64,000 nucleotides of DNA from an uncultured delta proteobacterium. GTDB lineage: Bacteria > Desulfobacterota > Syntrophia > Syntrophales > UBA2192. The notes below the pieces were generated by a model. The model made no database searches. It worked only from the letters and a program-made list of their open reading frames with translations, and was not told where the DNA came from. Of this stretch, positions 20,977 to 33,022 are shown piece by piece. Within the stretch, counting starts at the first letter, position 1; each line of letters opens with the position of its first letter. The DNA is taken from the NCBI GenBank assembly GCA_963705165.1, contig CAVPJD010000012.1, forward strand, positions 32,001-96,000, given 5' to 3'. The translations under genes were made by a program, and so were the position numbers.

Positions 20977-21131
20977 AATGACCTGACCATCGGCATGGCG
21001 ATTCCGATGACTCGATCTCGAACGACGCTGCGATTTCTTTCTGATCCTGTAGTTGCTGACCGCGACCGACTGCGACGCTGAATGCTCATACTCGCTCTGT
21101 TCATCTCCTGAAAGTCGATGGTCAGGTCATT
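20977..21131. repeat. Perfect 16-bp inverted repeat enclosing 123 bp
   Basis: AATGACCTGACCATCG (20977-20992) / CGATGGTCAGGTCATT (21116-21131). Confidence 0.85.
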
Positions 21132-21181
21132 GTTCAGGCACGACATGGGGTGATGATCCCTGACGTGACGGGAAAATCGGA

Positions 21182-22027
21182 ATGGACAACAACCTCGAAA
21201 GCTTGATTGCCGAAGTGAAGTGGGATGTCCCGGAGTCGGATCTCGCGAGGCTGAAGGACATTTACGAGAAAATCATAGAGTCCCTCACGCTCGGCTTCGA
21301 CCCCGCCGTCCTGATCGTCCTCGACAACGAAGACGCCCACCAGTCTGACATCGAACAGCTCAAGTTCAAAATCAAGGAGAATATCGTTGCCCGCCTGATG
21401 GCCCGCGCAAACTCGGTCGTCATGTTCGGGAAGATCAAGTCCGGGGATGCAAGCAGTTTCTCGAAGGTCGTCCTGCGAATGGGCATGAAAACGGCGAAGA
21501 TCTACATCCTCGCACTGGCCCTTTTTCTGCTGGATCCCGCGCTGGAACCTCTGGCCGCAAAAAGTTTTTCCCGGGCCATTCTCGGCCGCATCCTGTCGGA
21601 GGAGCTGGGGTTTAAAAGCTCGGCCGTGGAACGGGTGGAAATAGGGGCGCTGCTCCAGGAGATCGGACGGATTCCCGCCATCCTCTACGAGATCAGGGAA
21701 TCGACTACTCTGGGCGAGGACTTTGCCTCGAAGTGGCACCCTCTGCTGGGCCTGGCCCTTCTCAGGAAGTACGAACTGCCCGACTACCTGGAGGAAACCC
21801 TCCTCCACAAACACTTCTCCTTACTGCACCGATCGCTTTCGCCCCTGGCGGTAATCGACCTTGCCGACCTCGTCGTCCGGCAGAGCTTCGCGAAACACGG
21901 AAAGCTCATTGTCGAATCCCCGCTGCCCGACGCCACGATCGATTCGACGCTCGGTTCCAACATTCTGGACCAGTTCAGCTCCATCGGCTACCGAAAGTAC
22001 GTCGAAGTCCGCCTGCCCCAGAAGTAG
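21182..22027 (+). CDS. HDOD domain protein
   Basis: RLMARANS, VLRMG, GALLQEIGRI, HP.LG..LL.KYELP. Confidence 0.75.
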   Translation: MDNNLESLIAEVKWDVPESDLARLKDIYEKIIESLTLGFDPAVLIVLDNEDAHQSDIEQLKFKIKENIVARLMARANSVVMFGKIKSGDASSFSKVVLRMGMKTAKIYILALALFLLDPALEPLAAKSFSRAILGRILSEELGFKSSAVERVEIGALLQEIGRIPAILYEIRESTTLGEDFASKWHPLLGLALLRKYELPDYLEETLLHKHFSLLHRSLSPLAVIDLADLVVRQSFAKHGKLIVESPLPDATIDSTLGSNILDQFSSIGYRKYVEVRLPQK

Positions 22028-22120
22028 TGACTGGTGATCAGTGATTGTGACTAGTGGTTTGTGAATGGAAACCGATTCTTTCATTTCACTAGCCACAAGC
22101 CACTAACCACTAGCCACCAT

Positions 22121-22918
22121 TCACTTGCAGATGTCCCCATAGAAGTCCGGCCTGCGGTCCCCGAAGAGGTTGTTGTGGGGGTTGAGTTGCTTGTCGAGCG
22201 CTTTTGCGGGGTCGATGTCAAACACGCCCACGCACTCCTCGTCTTCGCCGGCCCTCGACAGGATGTTCCCCGCTGTGTCCGTAATCTGGCTCTTCCCCGT
22301 GTAATGAAGGCTCTTGCCGCCCCGCTGCTCCGTCCCCGTTCGATTCGCCGTGACGGCAAAGACCCTGTTTTCCAGGCATCGCGTGACCATGGCCGTCTGG
22401 CAGTAAGGAAGAACGAGGTTGGCGGGGTGGCAGACGACCTGGGCCCCCTTCAGGGCGAGGGTCCGCATGGATTCCGGAAAAAACCAGTCGAAGCAGACCA
22501 TGATCCCTACCCTGCACGGCCCGATGTCGTAAACGGGAAATTCGCCGTCACCCGGGTCGAACCAAAGCTTCTCCTCGAAAAAGAGATGCACCTTGCGGTA
22601 GCTCGCCACGAAGCCGGACGGTGAGACAAGGACGGCGGCGTTGTATACCGCAGCCCCCTTGCGCTCGGCCATCCCCGCAACGAGATGGACATGGTTTCTT
22701 TTTGCGATGGCTGCGAGCCATTGCGTCGTTTTGCCCCCGGGCACTTCCTCAGCGAGGGCACCTATTTCCTCCTTCGAGGTGATCAGATAGCCCGTGTTGA
22801 AGAGCTCCGGCAGCACCAGCAGATCCGCCTTCGTCCCCTGGATCAGCGCCTCGGCCCGATCCAGATTTCTCTCCACCTGGCCAAATGCCGGGTTGAACTG
22901 CACGTAACCGATTTTCAT
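22121..22918 (-). CDS. Carbon-nitrogen hydrolase (nitrilase superfamily)
   Basis: LLVLPELF, YRKVHLF, GIMVCFDWFFPE (E-K-C triad). Confidence 0.93.
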   Translation of the reverse strand: MKIGYVQFNPAFGQVERNLDRAEALIQGTKADLLVLPELFNTGYLITSKEEIGALAEEVPGGKTTQWLAAIAKRNHVHLVAGMAERKGAAVYNAAVLVSPSGFVASYRKVHLFFEEKLWFDPGDGEFPVYDIGPCRVGIMVCFDWFFPESMRTLALKGAQVVCHPANLVLPYCQTAMVTRCLENRVFAVTANRTGTEQRGGKSLHYTGKSQITDTAGNILSRAGEDEECVGVFDIDPAKALDKQLNPHNNLFGDRRPDFYGDICK

Positions 22919-22936
22919 CACGACTGTCTCCTTAGC

Positions 22937-23048
22937 TTGACCGGGGGCGCGTCCCGCAGGCCCCGCCTTACAGGCGGGGTGAGGGCGCGCAATCATGTTT
23001 GGTTCTCTCCTTGCCGGAAAGCCCCGCCCTGCGGGCGGGGAGCTTCAA
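22937..23048. mobile_element. Small non-coding two-hairpin element resembling IS200/IS605-derived ends
   Basis: CCCCGCCTTACAGGCGGGG and CCCCGCCCTGCGGGCGGGG hairpins, bounded by TTGA...TCAA. Confidence 0.5.
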
Positions 23049-23082
23049 TTTCCCTGCCGTTCACTGCACCCGAGATCGCATA

Positions 23083-25257
23083 CTATTTCGATTTCGCCTT
23101 GAGATTCTGTACCTGCGCCAAGTTCTTTTCCGCATCTTTGTTCGAGGGATCGATGCGAAGGGCCTCCTGAAATTGCCCCACGGCTTCATCCAATTTTCCT
23201 TTCCTGGCAAAAAGAACCCCGAGACTGTTGTGTGGCTTTGCAAAGCGGGGGTTGATCTTGATGGCCCTCTGCAAGTGCGTCTGGGCTTCGTCGAGTTGAC
23301 CTTTATGCATCAGCGCCACACCGAGGCTGTTCTGCACTTCCGCGTTTTCGGGATCCCGTTTCAGCGCCACACGGAAATGGCGGATAGCCTCATCGATCTC
23401 TCCCTTGTACGCCAGTGCGAGTCCAAGGCCGACATGGGCCCCCGGATTGTCCGGATCGATCCGCACGGCTCCCCTGAAATGAATGATGGCATTGTCCAGA
23501 TCGCCACGCTTGACAGCTTCCTGACCGAGGCGCATCTGCTCTCTCAGGGAACCCCCTTCCTCCCGTTCCGAAACGCGCCCCGCCGCGGCCGTTTTTTTCA
23601 TCGTTTCCTGCGCCAGCAGCATTGCGAGGTTCCGCCTCGCCGGTTCGAATTCAGGTTTCAGGCGCAGGATTTCCTGAAACTGTTCGATCGCCGCCTGTCG
23701 GTCGCCCGCCTGGATCAGGCAGACGGCCATGTTATTTCTCGCCATGATGGGGTCGGGCGCGTTCTTCACCGCTTTACGGTAATGAGCGATGGCCTCCGGG
23801 CACTTCGCCTGCCGGGCCAGCACGTTTGCCAGGTTGTAGTGGGTATCCCCGTCATCGGGTTTGATCCTCAATGCCTCGTTGTAATGACGGATCGCGTCAT
23901 CCACCCTTCCCTGGCCGGCAAGATAGGCGCCGAGATTGCAGTGAATGACGTAATTTTCCTTTGTCGTCTGAAGGGTGTGCTCGAAAAGTGTTTCACTGTT
24001 CAACCAGTATCCCGTCTGAGAAACCGTGCCCGCCGAGAGGCCTGCGAGAAGGAGCACAGCCGCCGATGCCAGCACGGCCTTGCGATGCGGCATCCTGGCG
24101 GACAGGTCGTCGACCAGCCAGGTCAGCAGGATGAACAGTCCGATGAAAGGAAGGTACGTATACCGGTCAGCCGTGGCTTGCACGCCGACCTGCACAAGAC
24201 CGATGACGGGGACCAGGGTCCCGAGGTACCAGAACCAGCCGACCATCAGCGCCGGCGTCTTTCGCCGCAATATAACCAGGGCGGTCACGGCAATGAGCAC
24301 AGCCGCAGAAACGAGGACCTTCCATGGCGCTATACTGCCCGGATAGGGATACAGCACGGCAAGATCTACAGGGACGAAACACCGGTAAAGATATTCTGTG
24401 TAGGCCACCATCGCGTTGAGAATGCGAAAGTCACGGGGAACGACCTCGAGCGCCTTCATGGCGCCTTGCTGGGCGATGATCGTCACCACGCACGATGCGG
24501 CCGATAGCGCAAAAAGAGGGATTTTCTCCAGGAATAGACCCCGGTTGGCTTTGATCAGCGAAATCATCCCCGCCCCCGCCGTGCTGTCTGCAGACGCATC
24601 GCCTCCCCGGAATTCGGAGCGGAAGCGTTCCAGGGGCCAGAAATCGAGAAGCAGAAAAACAAAAGGCAGCGTCACGACCATGGGCTTCGACAGAAGACCC
24701 AGTGCAAACAGCACGACGACGAGGAGATAGCCCCACGGGCTTTGCCTCCGGGTGTACCGCTCGTAGGCAAGGAGGGTGAGCAGGAAAAAGAAAGCGCTGA
24801 GGAGATCCTTCCTCTCTGCGATCCAGGCGACCGATTCCACGTGCAGAGGATGCAGGGCAAAAAGGGCTGCGACAAAACCGCTTTTCCACAGGGCCCCTGT
24901 CATGCGCTGCAGGATGACGAACAGGATCAGGGTGTTTAGAATATGAAAGAGGAGGTTGACCTGGTGATGTCTTCCCGCATCGAACCCGAACCACTGAACG
25001 TCGAGCATGTGAGAGAGCCAGGTGAGGGGATGCCAGTTACTCTGTTCGAAAGAACTGAAGGCCCATCGGATCCCCTCCAGACTCAGGCCTTTGCTGACGA
25101 TCGGATTCTCCGTGATGTACCGGTCATCGTCGTAGCGAACAAAATCGAATCCGCCGACCTGCCAGTAGACCATCGCCGTGAGGACAGCCAGAGACAAGCC
25201 GATCAGGATCTTCCATCGCAGTTCGGGATTCAGTGCTTCTCTGATCACGCGACCCAT
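23083..25257 (-). CDS. GT-C membrane glycosyltransferase-like plus TPR protein (TMTC-like)
   Basis: FVRYDD..YI..NP, NWHPLTWLS, HPLHVESVAWIAERKD, ADRYTYLP, multiple C-terminal TPRs. Confidence 0.88.
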   Translation of the reverse strand: MGRVIREALNPELRWKILIGLSLAVLTAMVYWQVGGFDFVRYDDDRYITENPIVSKGLSLEGIRWAFSSFEQSNWHPLTWLSHMLDVQWFGFDAGRHHQVNLLFHILNTLILFVILQRMTGALWKSGFVAALFALHPLHVESVAWIAERKDLLSAFFFLLTLLAYERYTRRQSPWGYLLVVVLFALGLLSKPMVVTLPFVFLLLDFWPLERFRSEFRGGDASADSTAGAGMISLIKANRGLFLEKIPLFALSAASCVVTIIAQQGAMKALEVVPRDFRILNAMVAYTEYLYRCFVPVDLAVLYPYPGSIAPWKVLVSAAVLIAVTALVILRRKTPALMVGWFWYLGTLVPVIGLVQVGVQATADRYTYLPFIGLFILLTWLVDDLSARMPHRKAVLASAAVLLLAGLSAGTVSQTGYWLNSETLFEHTLQTTKENYVIHCNLGAYLAGQGRVDDAIRHYNEALRIKPDDGDTHYNLANVLARQAKCPEAIAHYRKAVKNAPDPIMARNNMAVCLIQAGDRQAAIEQFQEILRLKPEFEPARRNLAMLLAQETMKKTAAAGRVSEREEGGSLREQMRLGQEAVKRGDLDNAIIHFRGAVRIDPDNPGAHVGLGLALAYKGEIDEAIRHFRVALKRDPENAEVQNSLGVALMHKGQLDEAQTHLQRAIKINPRFAKPHNSLGVLFARKGKLDEAVGQFQEALRIDPSNKDAEKNLAQVQNLKAKSK

Positions 25258-25334
25258 CGGATAAGACTTACCTGCCCTTCCATCAGCGCGATGAACGCCC
25301 GCTCGTCTCACGCAGCAATCCGTCGCGCTGTTCC

Positions 25335-25832
25335 TTAAAGAATCATCTGCATCCAGACGACGTCGAGATCCTGCCCCTTCTTCTTCGCGACCCGCCTGAA
25401 CCGCCCGCACTCCGCAAACCCGTGCCGCTCGTGGAAGCGCAGGCTCGATTCGTTGAGCGAGGACACATTGGCCAGGATCGTGTCGATCCCCTTGCGCTTC
25501 GCCTCACCGGTGATTCGCTCGAGGATTCTCGAACCGATCCCCTGGCCCGTGTAACCCGGTTCGATGAAATAGGTGATCTCCGCCGCCCGTTGAAAGGCGG
25601 CAAGCGGGTGATAGGGCCGCAGAAAGGCAAAGCCCACGATTCGATCCCCCTGCTCTTCATCCCGCACCGTGAAGGCGGGGTAGCCTTCCGTCAATTGAAG
25701 AAACTGGTCGAAGAGGGCGTAGGGGACCTTCTTTTCCGGATACGCCGCGAAGCTGTTCTCGATGTAGTAGTTAAACAGGTCGATCACAGCCTCGCGATCG
25801 CCCTCCCCCAACTTCTCAAAACGAATTTTCAT
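25335..25832 (-). CDS. GNAT N-acetyltransferase (Pat/YncA-like)
   Basis: GQGIGS, NESSLRFHERHGF..CG, DVVWMQ. Confidence 0.9.
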   Translation of the reverse strand: MKIRFEKLGEGDREAVIDLFNYYIENSFAAYPEKKVPYALFDQFLQLTEGYPAFTVRDEEQGDRIVGFAFLRPYHPLAAFQRAAEITYFIEPGYTGQGIGSRILERITGEAKRKGIDTILANVSSLNESSLRFHERHGFAECGRFRRVAKKKGQDLDVVWMQMIL

Positions 25833-25870
25833 GTTGCTGGTCTATCCGGTCTATTCCGTCTGTTCCGTCC

Positions 25871-25948
25871 AAATCCCCCCTGCCCCCCTTTACAAAAGGG
25901 GGGGTCTTATTGCTTCCCCCTTTGAAAAAGGGGGATTGAGGGGGATTT
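25871..25948. repeat. REP-like doublet (CCCCCTTT..AAAGGGGG family)
   Basis: Related copies at 27160-27201 and 48067-48145. Confidence 0.75.
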
Positions 25949-26029
25949 TTTCACTGGTCACTGGCAATCCACCCTCTCTGTGCAACCCGGATCATCGTAA
26001 ACTATGTAACCGGTTTGTACCCTCCCCTG

Positions 26030-26147
26030 CCCTCTCCCCTCAAGGGAGAGGGAGATTATGGAAGGAATTTGCCAGAGGCTCGGCTCGCGATGACCGTCTT
26101 TCTTATGTCTTCACTCAGACACTTAGACACTCATACACTCAGACACT
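26030..26147. repeat. 118-bp dispersed composite repeat, copy 2
   Basis: Colinear with 19504-19621. Confidence 0.85.
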
Positions 26148-26228
26148 TTTTTTCGTCCCTGCACCCTTGTCCCTGGTCCCTCATTCTCTTTCACTGGTCA
26201 CTGGTCACCGATCACCGGTCACCGGTCA

Positions 26229-27017
26229 CTAGAATAGTTCCAGTTCTTTCCCCATTGTCTTGAAGTGGGGCGGGAACTCGGGCTGGAAGTTGAGGAAGAA
26301 CGTCACGGGATAGCCCGCGCCCACTTTCTTGCCCGCTTCCTGCAGGCCCGTCATGAGCTGCGGAAGGCCTTTGGCCGGCAGCGAAAAGACCATCTCGTCG
26401 TCCTGCGTGAGGGAAAAGACCCGGTCACCCATGCCGGGGACGGCGACGCGCGGCTTCTGCTCCTTGAACGGTGCGATCAGGTATTCGGCGCATTCGATCT
26501 TCCCGCCGAAGTTCCCGACAATCCGTTCCCCGTCCTGGTAGCTCCAGGCCTGGACAAACCGCATGACTTGTGCGGGATTCCCGTAGAGCACGACGATGTC
26601 CGGATCGAAAGTCGCCCTTGCCAGCGGGGCGATGAGCAGGGCTGCATATTGATCCTTGCCGAGACGGCAGATGGACATGCCTTCCCTCGTCCCCGTTTCC
26701 TCTGTCCTCGCATAAGCCCCTCCGCAGAAGAGCTTGCCGATTGCGGCCGCCGTGTCATCGGCATTACTGAACCCGAAGGCGATCCCGGCGGGCACGCAGA
26801 TGAGATCTTCCTTCGCAAGCCCCATTGTCCATCCGTAAAGCCGGGCCATCGACACGGCCTGGCAGACGGCCACGCGTTTGCCGAGCGCCACCGACGGCTG
26901 GCGGGTCTTCTCCGGGAAGGCCTTGTCCTTGAGGAACTTCACGGCCAGGGGCAAGGTTCTGAGCCTGACGTTGTTTCGCATAAACTCCGCCGCTTCCGCA
27001 TAATTCTGACCTGCCAT
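26229..27017 (-). CDS. DUF169 family protein
   Basis: PLAVKF, VCQAVSMAR.YG, PDIVVLYGNPAQ, PGMGDR..SLTQDDEM. Confidence 0.85.
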   Translation of the reverse strand: MAGQNYAEAAEFMRNNVRLRTLPLAVKFLKDKAFPEKTRQPSVALGKRVAVCQAVSMARLYGWTMGLAKEDLICVPAGIAFGFSNADDTAAAIGKLFCGGAYARTEETGTREGMSICRLGKDQYAALLIAPLARATFDPDIVVLYGNPAQVMRFVQAWSYQDGERIVGNFGGKIECAEYLIAPFKEQKPRVAVPGMGDRVFSLTQDDEMVFSLPAKGLPQLMTGLQEAGKKVGAGYPVTFFLNFQPEFPPHFKTMGKELELF

Positions 27018-27308
27018 CTTTCCTTCCTCCTTCGGTTTGGGGAATTGGGAACTGGGTAACGGCATGAACTCAGCCGACAGCCGACAGTCGACAGCCTACA
27101 GTCGACAGCCATTTTTGTCTATCGTCTTTTTTCCCGGGCGCAGCGGATTAGGAAAAGAAAATCCCCCTCGATCCCCCTGTGCGAAAGGGGGAAGAGGGGG
27201 ACGATTCTTCTCAGGAACAAGGAGCGAGATTCGACGAACGAGGATTGATTTCTCTTTTCTGTTTTCCCCTTCCCTGTACCCTATACCCTGTACCCTATAC
27301 CCTGTCTT

Positions 27309-28496
27309 CTAAAGCATTTCATAAATCCCCGCCGCGCCCATGCCGCCTCCGATGCACATGGAGACCAGGCAGCGTTTTGCCTTGCGGCGCTTGGCTTCGT
27401 GGAGGATCTGGGCCGTGAGTTTGGCTCCCGTGGCCCCCAGGGGGTGGCCCAGGGCGATGGCGCCGCCGTTGGGGTTGATGTCGCCCTTCCAGTAGCGCTC
27501 CTCGATCCCGAGGGTCCGGCACGAGGCGATGGCCTGGGCGGCGAAGGCCTCGTTGATCTCGAACAGGTCGATGTCGTTCGCAGTGAGACCGGCCAGCTTC
27601 AGGGCCTTCGGGATGGCAAAGGCCGGGCCGATACCCATTTCCTCGGGCGCACAGCCCGCCACGGCGAAGACCGTCATCTTGGCCAGGGGCTTGAGGCCCA
27701 GGGCCTTGGCCTTCTCCGCCGTCATGAGCACGGCAAAGGCAGCCCCGTCGGTCATCTGCGAGGAGTTGCCCGCCGTCACGGACCCCCCCGCCCTGAATGC
27801 GGGTTTGAGCTTGCCGAGGTCGGCGACCGTCGTCGGCCAGCGAACGCCGTCATCCGCGTCGAACACAACGGCCTCGCGGATGCGCTTGCCGCTGGCGTCC
27901 TTCTTGTACTTCCAGGCCTGGATGGGGACGATCTCTTCCTTGAACTTGCCGGCCTTCATCGCCTCGGTGGCCCTGCGATTGCTCTCCACGCCCATCTTGT
28001 CCTGGTCTTCACGGGATACGTTGTACTTGGCGGCGACGTTTTCCGCCGTGATGCCCATGGACACGTAGGTGTTGGGCCGGTTGCCCCAGTCGGGGTCGGG
28101 CCGGAACTGGCTGCCGCCCATGGGGATGTGGGACATGGTCTCGCAGCCCCCGGCGATGATCACATCGGACCAGCCCGCCTGGATCTTGGCCGTCGCATCG
28201 GCGATGGCCTGCAGCCCCGAGGAGCAGAACCGGTTGATCGTCATCCCCGAAGCCTCGATGGGAAGGCCCGCCCCCAGGGTGAGGACGCGTCCGAGGTTCA
28301 TCCCCGTCTCGGCCTCCGGGAAGGCGCAGCCGACGATGAGGTCATCCACGTCCTTTGGATCGAGCTGGGGTACTTTTGCCATGAGCCCCTTGATCACCTG
28401 CAGGCCGTACTCCTCGGCCCGGGTGGCTGCAAGGCCCCCTCTTCTATATCGCCCGCCAGCGCTTCTGACCGCTGCAACAATTACGGCTTCTCTCAT
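27309..28496 (-). CDS. fadA: Acetyl-CoA acyltransferase (thiolase)
   Basis: NRFCSSGLQ, NEAFA, GGAIALGHPLGATG, CIGGGMG. Confidence 0.96.
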   Translation of the reverse strand: MREAVIVAAVRSAGGRYRRGGLAATRAEEYGLQVIKGLMAKVPQLDPKDVDDLIVGCAFPEAETGMNLGRVLTLGAGLPIEASGMTINRFCSSGLQAIADATAKIQAGWSDVIIAGGCETMSHIPMGGSQFRPDPDWGNRPNTYVSMGITAENVAAKYNVSREDQDKMGVESNRRATEAMKAGKFKEEIVPIQAWKYKKDASGKRIREAVVFDADDGVRWPTTVADLGKLKPAFRAGGSVTAGNSSQMTDGAAFAVLMTAEKAKALGLKPLAKMTVFAVAGCAPEEMGIGPAFAIPKALKLAGLTANDIDLFEINEAFAAQAIASCRTLGIEERYWKGDINPNGGAIALGHPLGATGAKLTAQILHEAKRRKAKRCLVSMCIGGGMGAAGIYEML

Positions 28497-28540
28497 GATA
28501 ATGATCCTCCCTTTTCAGTGCATAAGAAGGTTGTTTCCGG

Positions 28541-30958
<2,418 letters not shown>

Positions 30959-31017
30959 ATCATCCTCCTTCTGGAGTTGTTTCGTCTGTTCGGTCCTATG
31001 AAGATTCGTTCCTTGAT

Positions 31018-31102
31018 CTTCCTCTCCCCCGGCGGGAGAGGATAAGAGGTGAGGGGGAATTGTCACCCTCACCCTGGCCCTCTCCCCTCAAGGGAGAGGG
31101 AA
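31018..31102. repeat. REP-like doublet (CCTCTCCC..GGGAGAGG family)
   Basis: Near-identical inverted copy at 63571-63668. Confidence 0.85.
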
Positions 31103-31120
31103 CTAAAGGGTATGGGGCGT

Positions 31121-32989
31121 CTATACCGAGAAGCTCTCGTCGGCGATCTCGATGGGGGTGCGGTCGCCCGCCTTGATCCCCTCTGCCCTGCCCCGAACCG
31201 ATGTCAGGACGTTGACGGCGAAGAACTTGGCCGATGCGATCTTGCCCTGGTAGAAGGCCACTTCGGCATTCGTGTGGACCATCGCCCTCTGCTTGGCCTT
31301 GGAGCCCTTTGCGCCGGCCTCGGCGTAGATGGCGTTGAGCTTCTTCTGGGCGATGCCGGCCGCCTCCATGAGCAGGTAGCCCACGGCCACGTCGCCGAAG
31401 AGATTCAGGTAGGGGCTCGCGTAAAGGATCGGGACGAGGAAGCTGGCGCTCTTGCCGAGCTTGAAGAACTGGAGCGTGAGGTCCGTCAGGGCGTTCTTCG
31501 CCTCGGCCAGATAGTTGACGTAGGAGGACAGCTCCGGGTTCTCCTCGCGCAGGATCGCGATGTCGGCGTCCATCTGTTTGGCGATGGCCAGCAGGTGCAT
31601 GCCCTTCTTGATGCCCAGCTTGCGGCCCACCAGGTCGAGGGCCTGGATGCCGTTGGTGCCCTCGTAGATCTGGGTGATCTTGCAGTCCCGCATGTACTGT
31701 TCCACGGGGTACTCCGAGCAGTAGCCGTAACCGCCGTAGACGTCGATGGCCATCGAGCAGACATCGAGGGCCCGGTTCGTCACATAGGCCTTGCAGACGG
31801 GGATGAGCAGGTCGGCGCGGCTCGCCCACTGCTGCCTCTCCTCCTTGGTTGCGGCCGCCTCCATCATGTCCTGGCAGAAACTCGTGTAGTAGAGCAGCGC
31901 CCGGCACCCCTCCACGTGGGACTTCATCCAGAGGAGCTGCCGCCGGATGTCGGCATGGCGGATGATAGGCACCTGCGGGGCCTCGGGGTTCTTGAACTCG
32001 AAGATCTCGGCGCCCTGGAGCCGCTGCTTGGCGTACTCAAGGGCATGCTCGTAGGCCGCCGTGGCCGTTCCCAGGCCCTGGAGCCCCACCTCGATGCGAG
32101 CCTCGTTCATGAGCTGGAACATGACTTTCATGCCATCGCGCTCCTTGCCCAGGAGCTCGCCCACGCACTTGCCCTCCTCGCCGAATATGAGCATGGCCGT
32201 GGCGGAGCCCTTGATGCCCATCTTGTGCTCGATGCCCCCGGTGGTGACGTCGTTGACCGCCCCGAGGCTCCCGTCGGCCTTCACCCGGAACTTGGGCACG
32301 ATGAAAATCGAGATGCCCCTCGTCCCTGCGGGATCGCCCTCGATGCGGGCGAGCACCGCGTGAATGTTGTTCGGCGTCAGGTCATGATCGCCGCTGGAGA
32401 TGAAGATCTTCGTGCCCTGGATGCTGTAGGTCCCGTCGGGAAGCCTTTTCGCCGTCGTCTTCAAGGCGCCCACGTCGCTGCCGGCGCCTGGCTCGGTGAG
32501 GCACATGGTGCCCCCCCACTCGCCGGTGTACATCCTGTCCATGTACTTCTTCTTCTGCTCCGGCGTGCCGTAGTGGTCGATGAGACCGGCCGCACCGTTC
32601 GTGAGCCCCGGGTACATGATGAGGGGGTAATTGGCGGCCTGGAAAAGCTCATAGCATGCCTGTGCGACGCTGTTGGGCATGCCCTGGCCTCCCGACTCCA
32701 CGCTGCGCATGCAGCACAGCCACCCGGCCTCGCAGAACTTTTTGTAGGCCTCGTGGAAGCAGGCCGGCACCTTGACCCGGCCCTTCTCGAACTTGCACCC
32801 TTCCTTGTCGCCCTTGTCGTAGGTAGGCAGGAGGACCTCGACGGCCAGCTTCTCGGCCTCGTTGATCATCATGTCCACCGTTTCCTTGTTGTAATCGGCG
32901 TACTTTTCGGTCTCGAAGAGCTTTTCGATCCCGATCTGCTCGTAGAGCAGAAACTTCTGATCCCGCGTGTTCACCAGCATGTTACCCAT
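31121..32989 (-). CDS. Acyl-CoA dehydrogenase (long, ~620 aa type)
   Basis: GTMCLTEPGAGSD, GTKIFIS, EHKMGI, YGGYGY, IYEGTNGIQALDL. Confidence 0.96.
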   Translation of the reverse strand: MGNMLVNTRDQKFLLYEQIGIEKLFETEKYADYNKETVDMMINEAEKLAVEVLLPTYDKGDKEGCKFEKGRVKVPACFHEAYKKFCEAGWLCCMRSVESGGQGMPNSVAQACYELFQAANYPLIMYPGLTNGAAGLIDHYGTPEQKKKYMDRMYTGEWGGTMCLTEPGAGSDVGALKTTAKRLPDGTYSIQGTKIFISSGDHDLTPNNIHAVLARIEGDPAGTRGISIFIVPKFRVKADGSLGAVNDVTTGGIEHKMGIKGSATAMLIFGEEGKCVGELLGKERDGMKVMFQLMNEARIEVGLQGLGTATAAYEHALEYAKQRLQGAEIFEFKNPEAPQVPIIRHADIRRQLLWMKSHVEGCRALLYYTSFCQDMMEAAATKEERQQWASRADLLIPVCKAYVTNRALDVCSMAIDVYGGYGYCSEYPVEQYMRDCKITQIYEGTNGIQALDLVGRKLGIKKGMHLLAIAKQMDADIAILREENPELSSYVNYLAEAKNALTDLTLQFFKLGKSASFLVPILYASPYLNLFGDVAVGYLLMEAAGIAQKKLNAIYAEAGAKGSKAKQRAMVHTNAEVAFYQGKIASAKFFAVNVLTSVRGRAEGIKAGDRTPIEIADESFSV

Positions 32990-33022
32990 AAATGCCTCCC
33001 CTATCTGATGGAGTTCTTAATT

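Noticed and set aside
20889..21146. 85-aa ORF over the 16-bp inverted repeat
   Set aside because: No recognisable motifs and atypical composition; likely spurious
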